NCBI GenBank assembly: GCA_038317095.1
Contig: JBBQBB010000002.1
Location: 17,805-81,804, forward strand
Length of the DNA stretch: 64,000 bases
Direction of reading: 5' to 3'
Source: Bacteroidia bacterium
Lineage (GTDB): Bacteria > Bacteroidota > Bacteroidia > NS11-12g > UBA955
The number at the start of each line of letters is the position of its first letter. Position 1 is the stretch's first letter. The notes beneath the pieces are model-generated. The model ran no database searches. It was given only the letters and a program-made list of their open reading frames with translations, and was not told the origin of the DNA. This document shows, one piece after another, positions 31,529 through 39,914 of this stretch. The position numbers were made by a program, and so were the translations under genes.

Positions 31529-32415
31529 CTATTCTCTTTTCCCTTGTTGTGCTTTTGCATTAATTGGATTTGTCCCTTTTATGGATTTAATATAACCTAC
31601 TAATTTCCCAACTTGAATAGGTGTTAACATATGCTTTCAGGATATCATTCCTTTATCTGGGACTCCATTAACAATTGTATTAACTATACTGCTATCGTCG
31701 CTTCCATTTAACCAATAATTGTCAGTCAAGTTCGGACCGTTCTTCCCTTCACCATGTTCTCCATGACAAATTGAACACTTTAACATACAAATGGCTTTCC
31801 CGCTGATTGCACCCGTGTTATCATTTAGGATATTTTTAATTAATTGTTCAGAATTTTTCCAGAAACTATCTTCCTTCTTCTTTTCTATTTCCATAAGTTC
31901 AATTCCGTTCAACCTAATATTTTTTAAAACATCACCCTCAGGTATATTATTTAAATATTGGATTAGAGCAACAATTTCTGCGTTTAATTTTACCTCAATA
32001 TTGAATGAATCTAAATCAAAAGTTATTAATTTTTTCAACTCTTTAATGGACATTTTTCCAATATATTTTTCAATAGAGTCTTTTTCAAAAACAGTTTTTG
32101 ATAAAAAAGGATAGGAAGGCATTGTTGATTGGGCCCTCAAAGCCTTGGGATCTAACAAATGAAAATAATTCCATGCGCTATTATATTTGTAATGTAATCC
32201 TTCTAAACTTATGATTTCTGCATTCTCTGATTGCTGAATAGTGTGGCACTGAAGATTTTCTCTTTTAAAATATATTCGCCGTAAAGAAACAAATAACTCT
32301 TAGTTGTGTCTAAAATAACTAATTTTAATGGGTACTTTAATTGCTTCATTGAAAATGAATGCAATGATACAATGACCGCTGCCGTGCTTAAGAAAAAAAA
32401 CAGTTTAAATTGCAT
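31529..32415 (-). pseudogene. monoheme CcoP-like c-type cytochrome (cbb3 oxidase subunit III type) disrupted by a frameshift, loss of start/TM continuity and an in-frame TGA
   Basis: ORF 32209..32415 holds the signal/TM MQFKLFFFLSTAAVIVSL. After a frame change near 32290-32300 the open frame continues without ATG, giving ...HYKYNSAWNYF...CSICHGEHGEGKNGPNLTDNYWLNGSDDSSIVNTIVNGVPDKGMIS*KHMLTPIQVGKLVGYIKSIKGTNP... This matches my memory of flavobacterial CcoP (...CVVCH..GGG.IGPNLTDEYW...GKGMIAWKATL...YVLSLQGTNP). The TGA sits exactly where the conserved Trp of GMIAWK is expected. Confidence 0.5.
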
Positions 32416-32472
32416 ATAAAATTTATAATTTCAGTATAGGCAATTTGCTGACGTAAAAGAGTTATAATTAAT

Positions 32473-33490
32473 TTATATGACTGTCTTAAAGCTTGCACAA
32501 GTCCTTTTGATATGCTAACTTAGGTGAAAAATAATTGTCATGAATCTTATCAAATTCTTTCAAACCTACGACACTGAATTGAAATGTTCTGAATTGTTTA
32601 AGCAAATGCGGGACAAAGAAGGTGTTTACTGTAAACGCTGCGGCGGCGCAGATCATTACTGGCTTGGAACAAGGGATCGTTTCCGATGTAAAGCATGCAA
32701 TTGGGAGACAACCTTGCGCAGTGGCACGGCTTTGGAATACAGCAAACTCCCTTCCCATTATTGGATTTACGCGATGGCCATTTTGGCTAGCAGTAAAAAA
32801 CCTGTTTCTGCTCTGGAACTGCAACGCAACCTTGGCCATAAGTTCTACGAGCCTATTTGGGCCATGCTTCACAAATTGCGAGTAACAATGGGTCACAGAG
32901 AGGCGATCTATCAACTGGAAGGCTTTGTGGAAGCTGATGATACTCAGTTCGAAGTGGCGAAAACAAAGAAGGAAACTAAAAACAATAAACCTGACGCCGG
33001 TAGCAAGGGTAAGGCAAAAGTTGCTGTGCAGGCGCAAACTGTTCCATCGAAAGATCTTCGAATAAAAGGCAAAGCACGAAAAGGGGCTTTTAAGTTTGTT
33101 AAAATGGTTGCCATTGAAAATATTAAAGCTGCAAGTTTGACACCTGTGATACGCAGTGGAGTGCATCCCACAGCCACTGTTATTACTGATGGGGAAGGGC
33201 TATGTAACATCCGAAATGCCTGTAGCACGGCACATTCAGAAGACGATGAAAGGGAAGGATGCAATTAAACATTTGCCCTGGGTTCATATTATGATATCAA
33301 AGGCAAAACGAAACTTTCTTGGAGTTTACCATAGTGTAAAAGAAGAATATTTACAGAATTACCTGAACATATTTTGCTACATGACAAACCGCCGTTATTT
33401 GGGGGAGAATAAGTTGGACAATATGATGGCCCTTGTCGTGAATAAACCTTGGTATCAACCATTTGTGCAACCTTCCTGAGTGTCATATTA
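32473..33490. mobile_element. IS1595-family (ISXO2-like) insertion sequence, ~1 kb, with weak terminal inverted repeats
   Basis: Transposase remnant 32540..33479. Candidate inverted repeats are TTATATGACTGTC (32473-32485) and GAGTGTCATAT (33478-33488), 11/14 matching. Boundaries are approximate. Confidence 0.5.
32540..33479 (+). pseudogene. IS1595-family transposase with one frameshift
   Basis: Frame 1 (32540..33268) has the N-terminal zinc ribbon CKRCGGADHYW...RCKACNWET, an HTH, and a DDE start ending ...TATVITDGEG. Frame 3 (33156..33479) continues KGYVTSEMPVARHIQKTMKGKDAIKHLPWVHIMISKAKRNFLGVYHSVKEEYLQNYLNIFCYMTNRR, which is the HTNTIE...YH.VS.KHLQRYL.EF.FRYN tail. The frameshift lies near 33195-33200. 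Confidence 0.7.
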
Positions 33491-33663
33491 ATATACAAGG
33501 ATTTTAATATTTATCTTCAATGGTTTCTTTTGATTGCTTCCGATGTTAATTTGTTTGTTTTGCGCAGTTATTTCAAATGTAACTAAAGAAATCTGAAATC
33601 TGTTCAATTCAACTTAGTTGAATTCCCATACTTTTCCCAATTCCACATTTCCTGAATATATTT

Positions 33664-33671
33664 TATATTTG
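33664..33671 (+). promoter_or_regulatory. TATATTTG -7 box 4 nt upstream of the E1 gene ATG (leaderless-type promoter candidate)
   Basis: ttttaTATATTTGcaccATG. Confidence 0.35.
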
Positions 33672-33675
33672 CACC

Positions 33676-36078
33676 ATGCAGGAAGCGACTTCAACAGCCA
33701 TTGACCGTGAAACTTTTGTGAAAGAAGTATTGAATGATTACCTTGTGGCCTTTGAAAGCCGCCAAGCCAGCCTCATTGGCCGCAAAGAAGTGCTTACTGG
33801 TAAAGCCAAATTTGGTATTTTCGGCGATGGCAAAGAAGTAGCCCAAGTGGCCATGGCCCGCGTTTTTAAAAATGGCGACTGGCGCAGTGGGTACTATCGA
33901 GACCAAACTTTTATGTTTGCCAAAGGGATGAGCAGCGTTTCTGCCTTTTTTGCCCAATTGTATGCCGATCCTTCCGTGGAACGCGAACCAGCAAGCGGTG
34001 GCCGTAGCATGAACGGTCACTTTGCCACCCGTATGCTGGATGATGCTGGAAAATGGTTGCCACAAACTGATAGACCCAATTGCAGTGCAGATATTTCCCC
34101 TACAGGAGGTCAAATGCCCCGCTTACTTGGATTGGCTTTGGCCTCGAAACTTTACCGCGAAAATCCAGATTTGGGAGAATTGACAAATTTTTCTGTAAAC
34201 GGCAATGAAGTGGCTTTTGGGACTATTGGCAATGCCAGCACCAGTGAGGGTATTTTTTGGGAAACCATCAATGCCGCTTGTGTTATGCAAGTGCCATTGT
34301 TGATGAGTGTGTGGGACGATGGATATGGAATTTCGGTGCCTGCGCGATACCAAACCACCAAAGAAAATATTTCTGAAATATTAAAAGGATTTAAAACCGA
34401 TAAAAATGGCAAGGGCATGGAAATTTTCAATGCCAAAGGCTGGGATTATGCAGAGTTGTGCGGCGCTTACAAACAAGCTGCAGACATTTGCCGCGAGCAC
34501 CATACCCCCGTTTTGTTGCATGTGAATGAAGTAACCCAACCCCAAGGGCATAGCACCAGTGGAAGTCATGAACGCTATAAAACCAAAGAACGCTTGCAGT
34601 GGGAAGCAGATTTTGATTGCATAAAAAAAATGCGTGAATGGATGTTGGAGAATGAAATTTCTACAACGGAAGCATTGGATTTGCTGGAAAAAGAAGCTAC
34701 AGAAAGCGTTAAAAATGCACAAAAAGCAGCTTGGACGAATTTTTTAAGTAGTATTAAATCTGAAATTGCTGGGTTTGGTGAATTGTTAAATTCCGTTGCT
34801 GGCAACGGTCATAAAACGGCAGAATTGGCGGAATTGGGTGCCAGCTTGCAAGCCATTTCAGAACCCCTTCGCCGAGATTTGGGCAACGCCATTCACAAAA
34901 CATTGCGCCTTACCCTGGGTATGGATGCCGCAAGCCGCAAACCTTTACTTGATTATTATGAAGCCTTCATGCAATTGAATGGCCAGAGATTTAGCAGCCA
35001 TTTGCACAGCGAAAGCGATGAAAGGGTAGGAAATATAGAGGTAGTTCCAGCAGTCTTTACAGACGAAACTGCCGATGGATACCAAGTTTTACGCGCTTGT
35101 TTTGAAGCCAACATGGAACGCGATCCCCGCATTTTTGCATTTGGCGAAGATGTAGGTAAAATTGGGGATGTAAACCAAGGGTTTTCGGGTTTGCAAGAAA
35201 AATTTGGAGAATTGCGGGTTACAGATAAAGGAATCCGGGAGTGGAGTATTATTGGTGAAGGTTTGGGTGCCGCTATGCGTGGTTTACGACCCATTGCCGA
35301 AATCCAGTATTTGGATTATTTGTTGTATGCCTTAGAACCTATGAGTGACGACATCGCCACCATGCAATACCGCACCAAGGGTGGGCAAAAATCACCCATC
35401 ATCATTCGTTCACGCGGCCACAGGTTGGAAGGCATTTGGCATAGCGGTAGTCCTATGGGAATGATCATTAATGCGGTGCGTGGAATGCATGTATGTGTGC
35501 CTCGGAGCATGACCCAAGCTGCAGGTATGTACAACACTCTTTTGCGCAGCGATGAACCTGCTTTGGTCATTGAATGTTTGAATGGGTATCGATTGAAAGA
35601 AAAGATGCCCCAGAACATTGGAGAATTTACTGTGCCACTTGGTCACCCCGAGGTGATTCGTTTTGGTGAACATGTTACTTTGGTAACCTACGCTAGTTGC
35701 TGCCGCATTGCGGCTGAAGCAGCAGATTTGCTTGCTGAACATGGCATCCGAGTAGAAATTATAGACGCACAAACCTTACTGCCTTTTGATATTAACCATT
35801 CCATTGTAAAGAGTTTAAAAGAAACCAACCGATTGGTGGTATTGGACGAAGACGTACCTGGCGGGGCAAGTGCATACATCTTGCAACATATTCTAGAAAA
35901 CCAAGAAGGGTATAAATACCTAGATAGTGCGCCGCTGACCATTGCGGCCAAAGCGCATCGAACTGCATATGGAAGCGATGGCGATTATTTCTCCAAACCC
36001 AGCGTGGATGAAGTTTTTATGAAAATATACCAAATGATGCATGAGGTAGATCCAGCAAAGTGGCCTGGGTTGGTTTAA
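33676..36078 (+). CDS. fused E1 alpha/beta component of a 2-oxoacid dehydrogenase (TPP-dependent)
   Basis: 800 aa. The N-terminal half has the TPP-binding alpha-subunit pattern. The C-terminal half is a transketolase-like pyrimidine-binding beta subunit. This fusion is typical of Bacteroidota. Confidence 0.8.
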   Translation: MQEATSTAIDRETFVKEVLNDYLVAFESRQASLIGRKEVLTGKAKFGIFGDGKEVAQVAMARVFKNGDWRSGYYRDQTFMFAKGMSSVSAFFAQLYADPSVEREPASGGRSMNGHFATRMLDDAGKWLPQTDRPNCSADISPTGGQMPRLLGLALASKLYRENPDLGELTNFSVNGNEVAFGTIGNASTSEGIFWETINAACVMQVPLLMSVWDDGYGISVPARYQTTKENISEILKGFKTDKNGKGMEIFNAKGWDYAELCGAYKQAADICREHHTPVLLHVNEVTQPQGHSTSGSHERYKTKERLQWEADFDCIKKMREWMLENEISTTEALDLLEKEATESVKNAQKAAWTNFLSSIKSEIAGFGELLNSVAGNGHKTAELAELGASLQAISEPLRRDLGNAIHKTLRLTLGMDAASRKPLLDYYEAFMQLNGQRFSSHLHSESDERVGNIEVVPAVFTDETADGYQVLRACFEANMERDPRIFAFGEDVGKIGDVNQGFSGLQEKFGELRVTDKGIREWSIIGEGLGAAMRGLRPIAEIQYLDYLLYALEPMSDDIATMQYRTKGGQKSPIIIRSRGHRLEGIWHSGSPMGMIINAVRGMHVCVPRSMTQAAGMYNTLLRSDEPALVIECLNGYRLKEKMPQNIGEFTVPLGHPEVIRFGEHVTLVTYASCCRIAAEAADLLAEHGIRVEIIDAQTLLPFDINHSIVKSLKETNRLVVLDEDVPGGASAYILQHILENQEGYKYLDSAPLTIAAKAHRTAYGSDGDYFSKPSVDEVFMKIYQMMHEVDPAKWPGLV

Positions 36079-36396
36079 ATATTTGGGTTTGTAAACAATA
36101 ATTGAGTGTTATTTTACATGTGAATGTACACCAAGATTTAATTTGCTTATTTGTGACCTTTGTGGTTCCCTTCGTGTCCTTTGTGACCCGCTAATTTAGA
36201 ATTATTTTGGTGAGAAGAAACACACAAAGATTTGTTTTTATTTTACTTCTTGCCCCCCGTCGTGGCCTTAAGCAGGTTCATGGCAAAAATATCGCCTTTG
36301 GTCGATAAGGAACAATTCTTGTAATAAATTGCGAAACTTACCCAACCTTTTTGTCAAACCCTTCGTCAATACATTTGAACACGACAACCAAATACA

Positions 36397-37008
36397 ATGA
36401 ACGTGCTTTCAACTGACATATCGCTTATTCGCCTTGGCGAAGAAACTGAAGCCTCAAAATTGGCAAACCTAACTCCGGAGTTAGAAATGCTCATCGAAGG
36501 CTGCCTGAAAAAAGACCGCGCGGCCCAGGAACAGTTTTATAAAAAGTTCTATGGCAAAATGATGGCAACTGCAATGCGTTATTTGGGCAACCGCGACGAT
36601 GCGATGGAAGCATTGAATCTTGGATTTTTAAAAGTATTTCAGAATCTAATGAAATACGATGGCAAAGGATCGTTTGATGGCTGGGTTTACCGCATCATCC
36701 GCAATTCTGTGATTGATCACCTGCGCAGCAAAATCAATTACCGCAACGTAGAAGGCGCTAGCACTGAGAACCTGGAAATTGCAGTAAACGAATCGGTTAC
36801 GGCCTATTTGCAAGCCCAAGATTTAATGGATATGTTGAATATATTGCCAGAAACAACCCGGCTCGTATTTAACTTATTTGCCTTGGAAGGATTTAAGCAC
36901 GAGGAAATTTCTAAAATGCTCAATATTTCTGCAGGCACCAGCAAATGGCATGTTTCAGAAGCACGCCGTGTTCTCAAAAACCACATAGAAAAATTAGGCA
37001 AATCATGA
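36397..37008 (+). CDS. ECF-type sigma-70 family RNA polymerase sigma factor
   Basis: Region 2 (FDGWVYRIIRNSVIDHLR) and region 4 HTH (EISKMLNISAGTSKWHVSEARRVL). The stop overlaps the next start (ATGA). Confidence 0.75.
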   Translation: MNVLSTDISLIRLGEETEASKLANLTPELEMLIEGCLKKDRAAQEQFYKKFYGKMMATAMRYLGNRDDAMEALNLGFLKVFQNLMKYDGKGSFDGWVYRIIRNSVIDHLRSKINYRNVEGASTENLEIAVNESVTAYLQAQDLMDMLNILPETTRLVFNLFALEGFKHEEISKMLNISAGTSKWHVSEARRVLKNHIEKLGKS

Positions 37009-38687
37009 AAAATCAACACAACATATCGCCCGATGACCTTTTCAGGGAAAATCTGAATGGTTTTGAAGCGCAGTATGAAGAAAAAGGCTGGGAAAAAATG
37101 TCAGCCATGCTCGATAAAAGCGAAACCAAGCGCCCCTTTTTCTGGTGGTTTTACAAAAACAAAAAAAACAGTCTCATCTCATTAATAACACTCACTATGA
37201 TAATCTCAACCATAATAATAGCATTGCAATTTGTAACATCTGGTATGGATAAATCAACCCTTGCAGCCAAAGAAAAAATTCAAATAGAATCCAACAAACC
37301 TGAAAATAAAAATAAATTTTATTCTCAGTTAAAAAATATAAAAATGGCAGAACAAAATGAAACGCATGTTTCCAAAACAGCAGGTGAATCTTATTCCATA
37401 CGCAGCAAAAAGGATGGCGAAATTGGAGGATCAAAAGAAAATTACGGTACAGTTTCTGCAGGGGATTTAAAGTATCAAAAACCAGCCATTTCCAACGTAA
37501 AAAATGAAGGAGATATGCTTACAGTTTCTGAAACAAAAACAGTTGAAAATGTTGCTGAAGCCAACCCAATTTCTGCACCTGATTCCACTGAGTCTACAGC
37601 AACCAAAACTGCCACACAAAATCCAACAACGCCTCTCAACACGACCATCTCCAAAACACTTGCCATGCCGCAATTGCCCAAGCCTAAATCTACAATTGTA
37701 TCCAAAAAGGACTATGGCAAATTTGACGGTCCATTCCGCGGCGGGTGGATAGGCATTCACTATACATCCCAGTATCCTCAAACACCTGTTTTGCAAGATA
37801 GCTGGCGCCAAAATGCAGGATTCAATTTTCAATTCATGTCCCGCAATCTTACCGGTCGTCGCGATTTCTCAGGCTATTTGGGCTTCGATTTCGGCATGCA
37901 ATTTACTGGCAGAGGCGAAAAATCAGGTATCGTTTTAGACAATAAAAACGTGGATAGTGGATTTACACGTCTGAGCAACCACAGCCTAGATTTGTTTGCC
38001 CGCGGGCATTTTGAATACGACAAATTCAGGTTGAAGCCCTACTTCAATGTATTCGCCGGTCCTCGTATTTTTTCTACCAGTCAATATACTGAGGCTTACC
38101 ACCAAAGTACCCAATACGAAAACAGCAACAACACCAATGCATTTTCTAGCATGAGTTGGATGTACGGCGCTGGAGTGGGTTTAAGATATCGCTTGGGAAC
38201 TTCTGTTTCCTTGGACATGCGTTATGAATTTATGCAAGGCACTGAAACCAGTTTGGTGAACATAGACAAATCAACCTTCAATGGGCTGAGTTACAATTTA
38301 AATAAATTCAGGGTAAAACCAGCGTATACGCAGTTTAAAGTGGGCTTTTTATTCGATGTAGGTTCTGAAAAAGAAGAGCAGCACAAGGATGAATCGGAGG
38401 AAGTGACAGAATACTACCAATACGATTCTACGACCCAAACATATACCAAAGTAAATTGCCACTGTAAACAATGGACGGTTTCCGATACCAGCGGTGAAGA
38501 TTCAATCATCGTTGTTAAGAAAGCTAGAAATTATTATCCTATTTACGACCCTAATTATACTCCCAACAACACTGGTGGACGCAGCGGATCTTTCCCATCA
38601 GGAAGCGGAAGCGGAGGAAGTAGCGGAGGAAAAGGAAGTTTCCCTGGCATCAAACCAGGAGGCGGAGGAATCAAACCCAAAAGCTAA
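37005..38687 (+). CDS. putative anti-sigma factor, single-pass membrane protein with a periplasmic beta-rich (OMP-barrel-like) domain and a Gly/Ser tail
   Basis: ATG 37005 overlaps the sigma stop. The ~60-aa cytoplasmic N-terminus is followed by TM LISLITLTMIISTIIIALQFV, a Thr/Ser/Pro-rich linker, a ~250-aa domain with alternating aromatic beta-strand pattern (...GAGVGLRYRLGTSVSLDMRYEF...), and a GGRSGSFPSGSGSGGSSGG tail. Confidence 0.5.
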   Translation: MKNQHNISPDDLFRENLNGFEAQYEEKGWEKMSAMLDKSETKRPFFWWFYKNKKNSLISLITLTMIISTIIIALQFVTSGMDKSTLAAKEKIQIESNKPENKNKFYSQLKNIKMAEQNETHVSKTAGESYSIRSKKDGEIGGSKENYGTVSAGDLKYQKPAISNVKNEGDMLTVSETKTVENVAEANPISAPDSTESTATKTATQNPTTPLNTTISKTLAMPQLPKPKSTIVSKKDYGKFDGPFRGGWIGIHYTSQYPQTPVLQDSWRQNAGFNFQFMSRNLTGRRDFSGYLGFDFGMQFTGRGEKSGIVLDNKNVDSGFTRLSNHSLDLFARGHFEYDKFRLKPYFNVFAGPRIFSTSQYTEAYHQSTQYENSNNTNAFSSMSWMYGAGVGLRYRLGTSVSLDMRYEFMQGTETSLVNIDKSTFNGLSYNLNKFRVKPAYTQFKVGFLFDVGSEKEEQHKDESEEVTEYYQYDSTTQTYTKVNCHCKQWTVSDTSGEDSIIVVKKARNYYPIYDPNYTPNNTGGRSGSFPSGSGSGGSSGGKGSFPGIKPGGGGIKPKS

Positions 38688-38721
38688 AATTGATTTCATT
38701 TCCTGTTCTAAAATTGAAAAT

Positions 38722-38747
38722 GCCGATGATTCATCGGCATTTTTTTA
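38722..38747 (+). terminator. rho-independent terminator
   Basis: GCCGATGAttcATCGGC followed by T7, 35 nt after the stop of the anti-sigma gene. Confidence 0.75.
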
Positions 38748-38899
38748 TTGTTATTTATATGAATGAAAAAATAGGGTAATTCTTTGGCAATTGAATATTA
38801 CGCTAAAATTTTAACTGAAACACATTTTAATTATTGCTAACAACTTCAATCTAGGCTGCAAATGTTGCAACCCGGGCTGTCCCCTTAGAGAAAAAATTT

Positions 38900-38942
38900 C
38901 GCCCCGCCCCGCCCCGCCGCGGCGGGGGCGGGGGCGGGGGCG
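38900..38942. repeat. 43-nt GC-rich palindrome (CGCCCC GCCCC GCCCC GCCG | CGGC GGGGG C GGGGG C GGGGG CG) inside an AT-rich 720-bp spacer
   Basis: Read directly from the sequence. The two arms are near-complementary, C4 runs against G5 runs. The spacer is otherwise ORF-free. Confidence 0.8.
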
Positions 38943-39393
38943 TGGCAAACAAAATGAAGGATTTGCGCAGTGGCAGGAATTGTGCATTGGCTTTGGCAAG
39001 CTAAGTCGCTGCCAGTTTTTACTAGTAAACCCGCTGTTTACCGCTAAACCCCGTTGGTAAAAACCTCAGCGAGTTGGCGAAATGCCAAAAGGTACAAACA
39101 AGTTTTTTTTGGAAATGCATCTTGACCTAACCGATTGCGATGTATACCTTTCGTTTATTAAGATGAAAGTATGTATCTAGATATTTATTGAGTTTTGGTG
39201 TGAATTTTCATTGCTTCAACCTTTCTCCATTTGAGAATAGAAAAGGGCAAAGAAAGCCCCGGGTGTGAAGATCCACGAATTTGTTTTAAGTAACTAAATA
39301 AACTATTTGTTAAACTGAATCTAATTTAACATTGATTTTGCAACACAGCCAACGCTATTTAAAACTTTCATTTTGCGATTTCAACTATGTTGT

Positions 39394-39401
39394 TATATTT
39401 G
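39394..39401 (+). promoter_or_regulatory. TATATTTG -7 box 4 nt upstream of the folA ATG (leaderless-type promoter candidate)
   Basis: tgttaTATATTTGccgcATG. Same geometry as upstream of the E1 gene. Confidence 0.35.
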
Positions 39402-39405
39402 CCGC

Positions 39406-39912
39406 ATGCCACTTCAAATATCTTTAATCGCAGCCGTAGGTGAAAATCTAGAATTGGGCAGCAAAAATCAACTTCTTTGGCACTTGCCTGATGATTTTGC
39501 CTGGTTTGTAGAACAAACAAAAGAACGTACTTTGATTATGGGTAGAAAAACGATGGAAAGTTTAGGTAAACCCTTAAAAAATCGAAGAAACATTGTGGTT
39601 TCGCGCACACAATCCACAGTACCCGAAGGTTTTGAACTTTGTCGGTCTTTGGAAGAAGCTTTGGAAGAAGCTAAAAAAACAGAAGCACTTGAAATTTTCA
39701 TCATTGGTGGCGGAGAAATTTATCGCCAAAGTTTAGATTTTGCAACCCGATTGTACATCACCCGTGTGCATGCCGAATTTCCGAAAGCAGACACGTTTTT
39801 CCCCGTGTGGGATGCAAGTTGGGATGTTACCTATTTTAGACACCATCCTGCGGATGTAAAACACATGTATAGTTTCGATTTTATTATTTTGAAAAAGAAA
39901 TCCCCGCAATAA
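39406..39912 (+). CDS. folA: dihydrofolate reductase
   Basis: 168 aa. ISLIAAVGENLELGSKNQLLWHLPDDFAWF...IMGRKT matches the DHFR pattern. Confidence 0.85.
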   Translation: MPLQISLIAAVGENLELGSKNQLLWHLPDDFAWFVEQTKERTLIMGRKTMESLGKPLKNRRNIVVSRTQSTVPEGFELCRSLEEALEEAKKTEALEIFIIGGGEIYRQSLDFATRLYITRVHAEFPKADTFFPVWDASWDVTYFRHHPADVKHMYSFDFIILKKKSPQ

Positions 39913-39914
39913 TT

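Noticed and set aside
31637-31639. TGA decoded as Trp (alternative genetic code), suggested by TGA aligning with the conserved Trp of CcoP
   Set aside because: Robust genes throughout the window terminate normally at TGA/TAA/TAG under the standard code. The first TGA in the four-helix-bundle pseudogene aligns with Val, not Trp. The ccoP remnant also has a frameshift and lacks a start. A TGG to TGA transition in a decaying gene is the simpler explanation.
32486-33166. 226-aa minus-strand ORF
   Set aside because: Antisense to the IS1595 transposase reading frames. No homology signal. Shadow ORF.
32473-33490. Target-site duplication for the IS1595 element
   Set aside because: The flanks share only an ATTAAT-like AT-rich context. 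No unambiguous 8-bp direct repeat could be defined because the exact ends are uncertain.
38900-38942. GC palindrome considered as a rho-independent terminator
   Set aside because: It is not followed by a T-run, and a canonical terminator for the upstream gene already exists at 38722-38747. It is kept as an unexplained structured element instead.
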